A DNA stretch of 64,000 nt from Thermoanaerobaculia bacterium (GTDB taxonomy: Bacteria; Acidobacteriota; Thermoanaerobaculia; UBA5066), in the NCBI GenBank assembly GCA_963719225.1, contig CAVRAY010000001.1, forward strand, positions 3,264,001-3,328,000, in the 5' to 3' direction. Positions within the stretch are counted from its first letter, which is position 1, and every line of letters begins with the position of its first letter. The notes beneath the pieces were generated by a model. The model was not told the origin of the DNA and did not search any database. It saw only the letters and a program-made list of their open reading frames with translations. Shown here in pieces: positions 18,145 through 27,531 of the stretch. Position numbers and translations under genes: made by a program.

Positions 18145-18990
18145 TTGGGCGTGAAACCCGATCCGAGGAGAGATGACCGGCTGTCGTGGGCCTGCCTGTC
18201 GGACCGCGGGCGCGTCCGGCCGGGCAACGAGGACTTTTCGGGCGACCCCGACTCGCTGGCGGCGCTCGCGGGTCCGCGCGCGAATCTCGCCAAGCGAGGG
18301 GCCCTGTTCGCCGTGGCGGACGGAATGGGGGGCCATGCCCGCGGCGAGGTCGCGTCCAAGCTGGCCGTCGAGGTCCTCTTCACGACTTTCTACACGGGGC
18401 CGGGCGAGAGCGCCGAGAAGTTCCGGCGCGCGATGACGACCGCGAACACCGCCGTCAGGCGCGCGGGGGTCCTGGCGGCGCCGGAGAAGGCCGGGCCGGA
18501 TCCCGGAGCCGCCCCGCTGCGGCCGATGGGCACGACGCTCGTGGCGGCCCTCGTCCTCGGCGAATGGGTCCTCTTCGGCAACGTCGGAGACAGCCGGGCC
18601 TATCTCTTCCAGGACGGGCATCTCGAGCAGATCAGCCGCGACCACACCTGCTTCGCGGACGAGGTGCGCCGCGGCCTCGTCACCGAGGAAGCCGTCGCCC
18701 GGCTGCCCTTTCACCACCTCATCACGCGCTCGCTCGGAGCGCGCGACGAGGTCGACGTGGACCTTTTCTGGCGACCCTGGCAGCCGGGCGCGACGCTGCT
18801 CCTCGCGACGGACGGACTCCACGGCGTCGTGGACGAGCTCTCGATCGCCACGATCCTCGCGACGCGCGAGCCCGCGGACGCCGTCCGGGCCCTCGTCGAC
18901 GCCGCGAACGAAGCCGGGGCGCCCGACAACATCACGGCGCTCGTCGTCCGGAGCCTTCCTCCCGCGCCGCGCGAAAAGCGGGCGACCTAG
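18145..18990 (+). CDS. PP2C-family Ser/Thr protein phosphatase
   Basis: GRVRPGNED, VADGMGGH, MGTT, NVGDSRAY, TDGL and DNIT. Confidence 0.9.
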   Translation: MGVKPDPRRDDRLSWACLSDRGRVRPGNEDFSGDPDSLAALAGPRANLAKRGALFAVADGMGGHARGEVASKLAVEVLFTTFYTGPGESAEKFRRAMTTANTAVRRAGVLAAPEKAGPDPGAAPLRPMGTTLVAALVLGEWVLFGNVGDSRAYLFQDGHLEQISRDHTCFADEVRRGLVTEEAVARLPFHHLITRSLGARDEVDVDLFWRPWQPGATLLLATDGLHGVVDELSIATILATREPADAVRALVDAANEAGAPDNITALVVRSLPPAPREKRAT

Positions 18991-18998
18991 AATTCCGC

Positions 18999-19697
18999 AT
19001 GCGCGTCCTCGCGGGCACGAGCGGATTCAGCTACGACGGCTGGACCGGCACGTTCTATCCCGAGGATCTCCCTTCGAACGGGCGCCTGGGCTTCTACGCG
19101 ACGAAGCTGCCCGCGGTCGAGATCAACAACACGTTCTACCGGATGCCGAAGCCGGAGCTCCTCGCGAGCTGGGCCAAGCAGGTGCCGGAGACTTTCCAGT
19201 TCGCGCTCAAGGCGTCGCAGCGCATCACGCACATCAAACGCCTCAAGGAAACGTCCGAGGAGGTGCGCTTCCTCGTCGGATCGGCCCGCCACCTCGGGGG
19301 CCGCCTCGGGCCGATCCTGTTCGGGCTGCCGCCGAACCTGAAGAAGGATCTGCCGCGGCTCGAGTCGTTTCTCGCGCTCCTGCCGAAGGACGTGAAGGCC
19401 GCCTTCGAGTTCCGCAACCCGACCTGGCTCGACGAGGAGGTCTTCGCGCTCCTAAGATCCGTCGGCGCCGCTCTCTGCATCGCGGACGACGAGAAAGGCG
19501 CGACGCCGCTCACGGCCACCGCGACGTGGGGATATCTCCGCCTGCGACGCGAGGACTACACGGCGGCGGACCTCGACGCATGGGCGGCGCGCGTCGGCGG
19601 ACAGGCCTGGAGCGAGGCCTACGTGTTCTTCAAGCACGAAGAGGAAGGTGCGGCACCCGAGCTCGCGCGCCAATTCTCGGAGAGGTTCCCGGGCTGA
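18999..19697 (+). CDS. DUF72 family protein
   Basis: GTSGFSY, VEINNTFY, FALKA..ITH, AFEFR and YLRLR; this is the C-terminal part of track ORF 18186..19697. Confidence 0.88.
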   Translation: MRVLAGTSGFSYDGWTGTFYPEDLPSNGRLGFYATKLPAVEINNTFYRMPKPELLASWAKQVPETFQFALKASQRITHIKRLKETSEEVRFLVGSARHLGGRLGPILFGLPPNLKKDLPRLESFLALLPKDVKAAFEFRNPTWLDEEVFALLRSVGAALCIADDEKGATPLTATATWGYLRLRREDYTAADLDAWAARVGGQAWSEAYVFFKHEEEGAAPELARQFSERFPG

Positions 19698-19700
19698 CCG

Positions 19701-20447
19701 ATGAAGGTCGTCACCTGGAACGTGAACGGGATCCGGGCGCGCGAGCTGCAGGTCGTGGAATGGATCGAGCGCGAAAAACCCGACGTCCTCTGCCTGCAGG
19801 AGCTGAAGGCGGCTCCCGAGCAGCTTCCCCTTTCGCTCGTCGCACCCGAGGGCTACAAGACGTACTGGCACGGACACAAGGGTTACTCGGGCGTGGGGCT
19901 GCTTCTCCGCAAGGAGATGTTCGGGGACGACGTGAGCTTCACGCATCCGGACTTCGACCACGAGACGCGGGTCGTGGAGGCGCACCTCCCGGACTTCACG
20001 GTCGCGTCGCTCTACGTTCCGAACGGGGGGAAGGACTTCGCCGCCAAGCTCGCCTTCCTCGAGGCGCTGGAGCGCCGCGCGGCCACCGCGCGGACGGAAA
20101 AGAGGAAGCTCCTCCTGTGCGGCGATCTGAACGTCGCGCTCACGGACCGCGACGTCCACCCGAAGGAGCGGAAGCCCGGCGCGATCGGACAGCGTCCCGA
20201 CGAGCGCGCCCTCGTCGAGAAGATCCTCGCGCAGGGACTCGTGGACACGGGCCGCGCGCTCGACCCCGGAAACGATTCCCTGTTCACGTGGTGGGCGCCC
20301 TGGCGGCAGCTCAAGGAGCGGAACATCGGCTGGCGGCTGGACTACCTGCTTGCGAGCGAAGCGCTCGCGTCGCAGGCGTCGGCGACCCGGGTCTACCGCG
20401 AGTTCGGGACCAGCGACCACGGTCCCGTTTTGCTCGAGCTCGGCTGA
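19701..20447 (+). CDS. xth: Exodeoxyribonuclease III / AP endonuclease
   Basis: TWNVNGIR, CLQELK, GYSGV, YVPNG, GDLNVA, GWRLDY and SDHGP. Confidence 0.92.
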   Translation: MKVVTWNVNGIRARELQVVEWIEREKPDVLCLQELKAAPEQLPLSLVAPEGYKTYWHGHKGYSGVGLLLRKEMFGDDVSFTHPDFDHETRVVEAHLPDFTVASLYVPNGGKDFAAKLAFLEALERRAATARTEKRKLLLCGDLNVALTDRDVHPKERKPGAIGQRPDERALVEKILAQGLVDTGRALDPGNDSLFTWWAPWRQLKERNIGWRLDYLLASEALASQASATRVYREFGTSDHGPVLLELG

Positions 20448-20486
20448 GAGACGTCGAGGCGTGACGCGCGGCTAGACTCCCGGGCG

Positions 20487-23204
20487 ATGGCGTCTCCGCG
20501 CATCCGCGTCACGGCGAGCCCCGGCTGGGAGGTCCTGCCGGCCGCGGCCGCCCTGCGTGCGCGCGCGGCCGAGGCCGATCCCTTTCTGGAACGCGTCCTC
20601 GGAGACGGGCGCCTGACCCTCGAAGGAGTCCGCTCCGCGCGACCGCGCCGCGGCGCGCCGACCAGCCCCGGCGCCCTGGAGGCCGAGATCGAATCGCCCG
20701 CCCCGGAGGGGTGGGTGGTCGTGGCCCGCCATCCTTCGGGCGCCCTGACGTTTCATTCGGCGACCGAGATCGACCGGGGGCTCCGCCGGTTCGAGGTGCC
20801 CCTCGCGCCGCCGCCGCTCGCGCTCCGCGGACCCGGCGCCGTCCTCCGCGTCTTCTTTCTACGGGTCGCCGGTGCCGTGGCCGGCGCTCTCCTGCCCGCG
20901 CTCGCGCGGGCCTGGGAGAAGAGACGTTTCGCCGAGGCGCACGTTCCGCTCGGCCTCGTGCGGCTCTCGGCCCAGGCGGGGAAGCTCGTCGCGACGCGCG
21001 CCGCGAAGTCCTCTCTGCCCCATACGGAAGAGCGGAGCCTGCTCTTTCTCCACGGCACGTTCTCGCATGCGGCCGCAGCTTTCTCCGACCTGGGCTCCGA
21101 CGGCGCCTTCGAAACGCTTTCGAACCTCTACGGTGGGCGCGTCTTCGCCTTCAACCACATGTCTGTGGGGCGCTCGCCCGAAGAGAACGTAAAGGCCCTT
21201 CTCGAGGCGATCCGCGGCGCCTCCCTCTCCTCTCTCGACGTCGTGACGCACTCGCGCGGCGGCCTCGTCCTCCGCCTTCTCGCGACCTCGACCGGAGCGC
21301 CTCGGTTGAACCGCGCCTTCCTCGTCGCGTCGCCGAACGAAGGCACCCCGCTCGCCTCGCCCGCGCGCTGGGACAGGCTCGCCGCATGGCTCGCGAATCT
21401 CGGTGAGATGTTTCCGGGCGGCGCGCTCGCCTTCGGACTCGACTTCGCGGCGGAGGCGATCGTGTGGATGGCGTCGCGTGCCGGCGGCAGCCTGCCGGGT
21501 ATCGCCGCGATGGATCCGGCCGGCGCGTTTCTGGAAAGCCTGAATGCGGCTTCGAAGCTGCCTTGCGAGGTCGGGGCCGCCGTCGCGCGCTACGAGCCGC
21601 GCGGCAGCGCGGCCCGGCGGCTCCTCGACGCGGCGGCGGGAGTCTTCTTCGAGGACCCGAACGACCTCGTGGTTCCCACGGAGGGCGGAACTCGCCTCGG
21701 CGCGGCACCCGCAGTCCCGGCGGAGAACGTCGTTCGCTTCGGACCGGGCGGCAACGCGGGCGCGGCCACCGGCGCGATCGTTCACCATCTGAATCTCTTT
21801 GGTCAGAAAGAGACGAGAGAGGGAATCAAGAATTTCTTGGAAAGAAAAGAACGAGAGAAGAGACCGTATTCCCCGGATGTCCGGAGTCAAGGGCGCGCTG
21901 CGCGCGCCGCGAAGCGGTCGAAGACCCTTGACACCGGACTTCCGGGGAGAAGATTTTCAACTATCGGCGGCCGCAAAGCGGCCGCCGCATATAAGAAATC
22001 CTCTTCTCCCCGGGGCGGCCGCAAGGCGGCCGCCTCTGCCTCTTCCTCTTCAGCAGAATCTTCCTCTTCCTCTTCTACTTCCGCGCGTGCGCCGCGCGCT
22101 GCGCGCCGCTTCGAGCTCGTGCTCGTGGGCGGGCGTGGAGGCGCGCCCGCCCACCTCCTCGCGAGCTTCGCGGGCGCGCGCGTCGTGGAGCCCTTCGAAA
22201 CGAAGGGCGGCGCCGCCGGAGAGCGCATGCGCGTCATCATCGCGATGCACGAGCGCGTCCTCGCGGCCCTCGGAGGCGGCGGAGCGGAGCCCCTGCCCGC
22301 AGCGAAGGAGCTTCGCGAATACGGCGCCGTCCTTTTCGAGACGCTCTTCCCGGGCGCCGTGAAGCGTCTCTGGGACGAGGCGCGTGCCGCCGCGAAGGGC
22401 GCGCTCGAGGTCGTCTTCACGCCCGACCTCGACTGGATCGCTGACAAGCCCTGGGAGCTCGCGTGGGACGCGTCGCGCAGGCGCTTCCTGGCGGACGACG
22501 CCGTCCTCGTGCGCGGCGTCTTCGGAGCGCCGCCGTCCCCCGCGCCCCCGCCCGGCCGCGGGCCCCTCCATGTCCTCGTCGCCCTCGCCGAACCGCGCGA
22601 CACGGGGCCCGTCGCCGCGCGGCAGGAGTCCGCCGCGATTCGCGCCGCTCTCGGGCCGCTCGTCAAGGCCGGACTCGTGCGTCTCGAGGTCCTCGCGTCG
22701 ACGTCGCCCTCGGGGCTTCACAGGCGCCTTTCGGCGGGCCGCGTGGACGTCCTGCACTTCGTGGGACACGGGGCCTTCGACGAGAAGGAGAAGACGGGCT
22801 CCCTCTTTCTCGTGGACGCGCGCGGGCGCTCGCTCGCGGTCGACACCGACCGCATCCTGCGCCTCCTCGCGGGACGTGCGCTGAAGCTCGTCGTCCTGAA
22901 CGCGTGCGAGACCGGCCGCGGAGGGCGCACCGATTTCCTGAGCGGTGTCGCACCGGCCCTGGCCGCCGGGGGAATTCCGGCGGTTCTCGCGAACCAGTAC
23001 AAGGTGCTGGACGCGTCCGCCACGGCCTTCGCCCGTCACCTCTACTGGGCGCTCGCGAAAGGCCACAGTCTGAGCGCCGCCGCGCGTGAAGCACGGGTCG
23101 CCGTCTCGTACGCAAAGGGCGCCGAACCCATGGACTGGGCCGTGCCCGTGCTCTACGCGCGCGACACGTCGCTCGTGTTCCGCCGGCCCGCCCGAAAAAC
23201 CTGA
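20487..23204 (+). CDS. Alpha/beta-hydrolase + CHAT (caspase-like) fusion protein
   Basis: FLHGTFS, VTHSRGG (nucleophile elbow) and SPNEGTPLA; C-terminal LHFVGHG, VLNACETG and DWAVPVLY; low-complexity linker at about 21790-22100. Confidence 0.8.
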   Translation: MASPRIRVTASPGWEVLPAAAALRARAAEADPFLERVLGDGRLTLEGVRSARPRRGAPTSPGALEAEIESPAPEGWVVVARHPSGALTFHSATEIDRGLRRFEVPLAPPPLALRGPGAVLRVFFLRVAGAVAGALLPALARAWEKRRFAEAHVPLGLVRLSAQAGKLVATRAAKSSLPHTEERSLLFLHGTFSHAAAAFSDLGSDGAFETLSNLYGGRVFAFNHMSVGRSPEENVKALLEAIRGASLSSLDVVTHSRGGLVLRLLATSTGAPRLNRAFLVASPNEGTPLASPARWDRLAAWLANLGEMFPGGALAFGLDFAAEAIVWMASRAGGSLPGIAAMDPAGAFLESLNAASKLPCEVGAAVARYEPRGSAARRLLDAAAGVFFEDPNDLVVPTEGGTRLGAAPAVPAENVVRFGPGGNAGAATGAIVHHLNLFGQKETREGIKNFLERKEREKRPYSPDVRSQGRAARAAKRSKTLDTGLPGRRFSTIGGRKAAAAYKKSSSPRGGRKAAASASSSSAESSSSSSTSARAPRAARRFELVLVGGRGGAPAHLLASFAGARVVEPFETKGGAAGERMRVIIAMHERVLAALGGGGAEPLPAAKELREYGAVLFETLFPGAVKRLWDEARAAAKGALEVVFTPDLDWIADKPWELAWDASRRRFLADDAVLVRGVFGAPPSPAPPPGRGPLHVLVALAEPRDTGPVAARQESAAIRAALGPLVKAGLVRLEVLASTSPSGLHRRLSAGRVDVLHFVGHGAFDEKEKTGSLFLVDARGRSLAVDTDRILRLLAGRALKLVVLNACETGRGGRTDFLSGVAPALAAGGIPAVLANQYKVLDASATAFARHLYWALAKGHSLSAAAREARVAVSYAKGAEPMDWAVPVLYARDTSLVFRRPARKT
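21870..21948. repeat. Palindromic element (24-bp arms, 22/24 complementary) inside the CHAT gene
   Basis: TCCCCGGATGTCCGGAGTCAAGGG (21870-21893) and CCCTTGACACCGGACTTCCGGGGA (21925-21948). Confidence 0.85.
21965..22034. repeat. Two REP-like hairpins GGCGGCCGC-AAR-GCGGCCGCC
   Basis: Copies at 21966-21986 and 22014-22034; each is translated in frame as GGRKAAA. Confidence 0.85.
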
Positions 23205-23265
23205 CCGGCGAAGATTCCGACACGGTGCTCGTGGGAGTGGGTGCGGCTTTCCACGGTCCGATTCT

Positions 23266-25080
23266 TCAACGCAGGACGGTCGTCGTGTCCGAACGGACGT
23301 GCGCGACACCGATCGCCAGCTCGACCGGCTGCGAGGTCGGAACGTGCAGGATTCCGGCTCGCGGGAAGTCGAAGCCGGTGCCTGCCGCATTCACGCGGAC
23401 GGCGCGGACTTCATAGTCACCGGGCTCGAGCACCTGAGGCGCGAAGAGGACCTCGCCGGCGGCGGCGGCGCTCGTTCCCGCCGCTTCCGCGAGGAGCATG
23501 CCGGGGATCGGGATTCCCCCGCGCCAGAACTGAAGCTCCGCGAGCGATTTCACCTTGCCGTCCGCGTCTCGAACCGTGAGGCCGTAGAACGGCGCGGGAG
23601 GCGCGAGCGCGATGGGCGCGGCGCAGACCTCGAGGCCCTCGCATCCGCCGACGGCGGGAAACCGGGACGCCGACAAGCTGAATCCCGGCGCATACACCCA
23701 GAACGGCAGGCCGGCCCACTCTTCGCCTGGAACCTTCAGCTCCCCTTTCGGGTCCGCCGTGCCGATTTTCCTGAAGGAGATGAAACCTCGAGTCGAGTTC
23801 AGGGCGTCCAGGCCGGCAATCGTCGCCCCCGGGAGCGGCGCGCCGCGCGAATCGGTCACGCGAACGAGGATTTCGTCCGACTTGTCGAGCCAGATGGTCT
23901 CCTCGTGCGCGTCTTCCTGGGCGAGATCGAGCCGGAACGGTTCCCTTGCGGCCAGCCCTTTGCAGCGCGGCACGAGCTCGACGGATCCAGCCGAGAGGCC
24001 GTCGAACGCGATCCTGCCCTTCTCGTCCGACTTGAATGTCTGGTAACGCCCGCCCCCACCCGTCATCAGAAGTTTCGCGCTAACGCTGCAGTCCGCGACG
24101 GGGGACTCCGTGCGCCGCTCCCGGAGGACGACGTCCACCGAGCCGACGTGGATGACGATGTCGACGGGATCGAGGCTCGGACCGCGCTCGAACCAGTCGC
24201 CCCGCCCGGCCGGCTTTTCGGACTCGGCCATCAGCGCAACCCGGCGTCCCGGCGGGAGAAGGAGCGAGATCTCGAATGAGCCGTCCGGCGACGAATGCGT
24301 CGTTCCGATCCCCGAATCCTGCGGCGTTCCACGTTCGAAGAGGAATCCCGCCGAGATCGTCGCCTCGACGGGCGTGTCGTCCTTCAGGTGGACCCGGCCT
24401 CGAAACGTCCGCCTCAGAACCTGCACAGTGGTCCGCGCGACATCCGGATCCTCGCTCCGGCCCGAGACGTTGACGAATTCCGAAGCTCCCCGGACTCCCC
24501 ACAGCTCCAGGAATGCCCGGTAGCGCCCTGGCGCAAGCGGGCCGACGCGCGCGAACGAGTCTTCTCCGACGTCGCGCCGGATCATCCGGGTCTTAATCCT
24601 CGCCGGATCGCAGCGATCCTTCTCGGTCTCACAGCGCAGAAGCTGGATGGCTGGGCGCGCGTCCTCCGGCTTGACGTCGAGGCCATCCACCGCAATCTCG
24701 AGCTTCTGGAGTGGAGCGAGGAAGACGTCTCGCCGCCCGGCCTCGAACCCTTCGGGAAGGTTCAGCGTCGTCGACCTAAGTCCCATGGCTTCGACGACCA
24801 GAGTCGTTGCCTTGCGCGGGAGCGCACCAAGCCGGAGGATCCCGTCCGGCCCGGTCGCCGGAGCTTTCTTGCCGAGCAGTTCTCGCGGAGCAGGCTCCGG
24901 GCTCGATTTGGCGCCCGCCGGCGCCGCGAGCGTCGCCCCTTCGATCGGCTTCCGGTCGCTTCGCACGAGGACCCGGAGGATGACTTCGGCGTGCGCATCC
25001 TCCGGGTCTCCGGCTCGAACCTGATTCGCCAGAACCAGGTGAAGCACGAGGACGGTGGCGCGCGGAAGGGTGAACCTCAT
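23266..25080 (-). CDS. Secreted protein with carboxypeptidase-regulatory-like beta-sandwich repeats
   Basis: Signal peptide and recurring PIEGA / T..DG.F / GAPLPGA segments. Confidence 0.65.
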   Translation of the reverse strand: MRFTLPRATVLVLHLVLANQVRAGDPEDAHAEVILRVLVRSDRKPIEGATLAAPAGAKSSPEPAPRELLGKKAPATGPDGILRLGALPRKATTLVVEAMGLRSTTLNLPEGFEAGRRDVFLAPLQKLEIAVDGLDVKPEDARPAIQLLRCETEKDRCDPARIKTRMIRRDVGEDSFARVGPLAPGRYRAFLELWGVRGASEFVNVSGRSEDPDVARTTVQVLRRTFRGRVHLKDDTPVEATISAGFLFERGTPQDSGIGTTHSSPDGSFEISLLLPPGRRVALMAESEKPAGRGDWFERGPSLDPVDIVIHVGSVDVVLRERRTESPVADCSVSAKLLMTGGGGRYQTFKSDEKGRIAFDGLSAGSVELVPRCKGLAAREPFRLDLAQEDAHEETIWLDKSDEILVRVTDSRGAPLPGATIAGLDALNSTRGFISFRKIGTADPKGELKVPGEEWAGLPFWVYAPGFSLSASRFPAVGGCEGLEVCAAPIALAPPAPFYGLTVRDADGKVKSLAELQFWRGGIPIPGMLLAEAAGTSAAAAGEVLFAPQVLEPGDYEVRAVRVNAAGTGFDFPRAGILHVPTSQPVELAIGVAHVRSDTTTVLR

Positions 25081-25150
25081 ACGCCCTCACGACTCTATCG
25101 GACAGGCAGCCCGGATGTCGAAGGCCGCTTCGTACCTGAGATCGAGTCTC

Positions 25151-25182
25151 TATAATGGCGCGGCCCCCGGTCGAGAAAGGAG
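25151..25182 (+). promoter_or_regulatory. -10 box and SD for the repeat-domain gene
   Basis: TATAAT at 25151-25156; AAGGAG at 25177-25182 before ATG 25188. Confidence 0.6.
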
Positions 25183-25187
25183 TAGCG

Positions 25188-26858
25188 ATGAAACTGTCTC
25201 GTCCTCACCTGCGCCTCTCCATGGCCGCCGTCGCAATCTGTCTCTTTCCTCTCGCCTTGCCCGCCACTGCGCAGACGAAGGTCGGCGATACGAAGGACGC
25301 CTGCGACGCATCCCACGTCGTGAAGTTCCAGGCAATCGATGGAACCGCGACCGTGAAGGCCCCTGGCTCGAAGTCCAAGGATCTTCCGGGCCTGACGCGG
25401 GAGATCACGTGGTACTGCGGGGGAACCCGGGAACGGAGCGCGAACGACGAGCAATTCGACCACGTGAAGCTCTTACGCGCGAAGAACGGCGCGATGCAGT
25501 GGACCTTTTTCCGCAATGCGAAGCCAGCCGGGCCGACGGGCTCGGAAGTCCCTCCGGACAAGGACGGCACCTCGGGCCTCACGCGGGTCGGTGAGAGCAA
25601 CGACGCCTGCGACGCCTCGCACAAGATCGCGTTCACGGCGAAGAACGGGGAGCGCGTGCGGCTCGCGGCGGGAAAAACGGAGCTCGTCGAGCTCGAGGGC
25701 CTGACCCGCGAGATCAAGTGGAAGTGCGACGACAGCTCGGAGCGCGTCGCGAATCCGAACGAGTTCAACTGGGTGCAGGTCGAGCGGGCCGGAAACGGCG
25801 CGATCCACTGGGTCTTCTACCGGTCTCCCTCGATGCTGCATCCCGGAAACCGGAAGGCCGGCCCCGCCGAGAACGACGCGAGCTTCGGCGACTTCATCCA
25901 CAACATCCCGGGCGACGTGACCGTGGCGCTCGCCGGGACGAAGAAGGTCTTCCCCAATCCCGGCGTCCTCAAGAAGCAGATCGACACGACGTGGGACGGC
26001 CTGAGAGACACGATCAAGGCGAAGGTCGAGGAGAAAGCCACCGATCCGAAGGTCAGGCTGAACTCCGTAACCCCCGCGTCCTCGGCGACGTCCGATCTGA
26101 GGATCGCGAAGACCGCCACGGGCGTCACCCTGAAGTACGTCGTCCATGGGAACAAGGCCACTGGCACGTATATCCAGAAGGACCCCGGCGTGGACGTGAA
26201 CTTCGTCGCGACGTTCGACGTCGAGGTCGCGCTTCCCTTCGCGGGCTCGCAGCGCCTTTCCAAGCTGAAGGTGGCCGACGCGCGGGCGTTCGCACACCAC
26301 GTCGAGATCGCGGGCGACGTCCCGGGCGACGCCCTCATGGTGGGGTTCGCCAAGTCGCGGGTCCGCGCGGTGGAGACCCGGCTCGACGCCGTCTCGTCGG
26401 ACATCACGAAGGAAGTGAACGATTCGCTCGCCGGAATCCTCGCGCTGCTGAAAGCCGTCATCCCCGCGAACTTCACGCTCGCGTCGATCGGCATCGACAA
26501 GGCGGGCACGCTGCTCGTGTGCGCGAAATCGTCGGCGAGCCAGTCCTGCACCTTCCCCGCCTCCTCCGCGCGGCCCGACTCCCGGGCCGTGCTGGGCCAT
26601 TCCGCCGATCAGTGCAGCGCGGGGAAGATCTGGCTGTGGGACGCGGAACGAGGCCGGTTCGTCAGCGTCGCCAAGGGCGCGAAGGACGTCGTCGTCGAGC
26701 TGGGCAACCGCCGCTTCGAGTGGTTCTGCGGCGGCGACGCGCAGGCGGACGAGAACAACGACGAGTGGGCGAGCGGCGATCCGGGGACGTTCGCGGTACG
26801 CGCGTCCCGCGATGCTTCCAGCCGCGAGATCAAGTGGGAGTTTCTCTCCTGGAAGTGA
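25188..26858 (+). CDS. Secreted protein with three copies of an unrecognised ~75-aa Cys/Trp beta-domain
   Basis: Signal peptide; DACDASH..LTREITWYC..WTFFR, DACDASH..LTREIKWKC..WVFYR and DQCSA..RRFEWFC..WEFLSWK. Confidence 0.75.
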   Translation: MKLSRPHLRLSMAAVAICLFPLALPATAQTKVGDTKDACDASHVVKFQAIDGTATVKAPGSKSKDLPGLTREITWYCGGTRERSANDEQFDHVKLLRAKNGAMQWTFFRNAKPAGPTGSEVPPDKDGTSGLTRVGESNDACDASHKIAFTAKNGERVRLAAGKTELVELEGLTREIKWKCDDSSERVANPNEFNWVQVERAGNGAIHWVFYRSPSMLHPGNRKAGPAENDASFGDFIHNIPGDVTVALAGTKKVFPNPGVLKKQIDTTWDGLRDTIKAKVEEKATDPKVRLNSVTPASSATSDLRIAKTATGVTLKYVVHGNKATGTYIQKDPGVDVNFVATFDVEVALPFAGSQRLSKLKVADARAFAHHVEIAGDVPGDALMVGFAKSRVRAVETRLDAVSSDITKEVNDSLAGILALLKAVIPANFTLASIGIDKAGTLLVCAKSSASQSCTFPASSARPDSRAVLGHSADQCSAGKIWLWDAERGRFVSVAKGAKDVVVELGNRRFEWFCGGDAQADENNDEWASGDPGTFAVRASRDASSREIKWEFLSWK

Positions 26859-27523
26859 CTTGTTCCGCCGTGGCTTCGAGCCGAAGGCGGCGTAGGGCGA
26901 AACTTCAGACGCTGACCCTTTGAATGAATTCACAGGTCAGGGTCACGGTCTCCATTGGCGACGTCCCTCCAGGATTGCCCTTGAGGACGCCGACGTGGAT
27001 CCGGGTCGGCCAGGCATTTTCCAGATAGTACCGGGCCACCGGCTTGCCGTCGGTGCGGTGGAGCACCAGGAAGCAGTTCTTCTTGGCCGCCGTCGAAGCT
27101 CCGCTCGCGGCCAGCTGCCAGGCGATGTGGCGGTCGTCGTTGCTCCGGGGACGAATGAACTTGAGAATGGTCGAGGTTCGAACCCCGGAGAATCGATTGA
27201 TGAAAACCGATTCGCTCTCAACGCTTGAAATGTAATCGACGGAGCCGGCCTGGGTGCTGATGCTTGCAAGTTGCGTGAAGGAGGCGATCTCGCGTCCGTC
27301 CTCGATCAGGCTGAATCTTGCGGCGGCGATGGGCGGCATGCTCCAACGCTCCTACGAAAAAGTATAGCCGTGATTCAAGGGCGTCGCGAGTGCGTGGGAA
27401 TGGACCCCGGCCAGGGTTTGCGTGCGAACGGCGCGAGCGGAGATCCGGGGACGTTCGTGGTGCGCGTGTCTCGCGATGCTTCCGGCCGCGAGATCCGGTG
27501 GGAGTTTCTTTCCTGGAAGTGAC
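26769..27523 (+). repeat. 91-bp diverged direct repeat (26769-26859 and 27433-27523) bracketing the tail-tube gene
   Basis: 82/91 identical by manual alignment; both copies encode ASGDPGTF...REI(K/R)WEFLSWK*. Confidence 0.9.
26905..27339 (-). CDS. Orphan T4 gp19-like / contractile-injection-system tail tube protein
   Basis: 144 aa: RFSL..DG..IASF, KKNCFLVL...DGKPVARYYLENAWP and METVTLTCE; own TATACT box and GGAG. Confidence 0.72.
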   Translation of the reverse strand: MPPIAAARFSLIEDGREIASFTQLASISTQAGSVDYISSVESESVFINRFSGVRTSTILKFIRPRSNDDRHIAWQLAASGASTAAKKNCFLVLHRTDGKPVARYYLENAWPTRIHVGVLKGNPGGTSPMETVTLTCEFIQRVSV

Positions 27524-27531
27524 CGCCTTGC

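Noticed and set aside
26905-27339. Prophage or complete contractile injection system
   Set aside because: Only a single tube-like gene; no other structural, integrase or lysis genes.
26769-27523. 91-bp repeat pair at a gene 3' end as a diversity-generating retroelement VR/TR
   Set aside because: The 9 mismatches are not adenine-specific in either copy (four are C/T), and there is no reverse transcriptase in the window.
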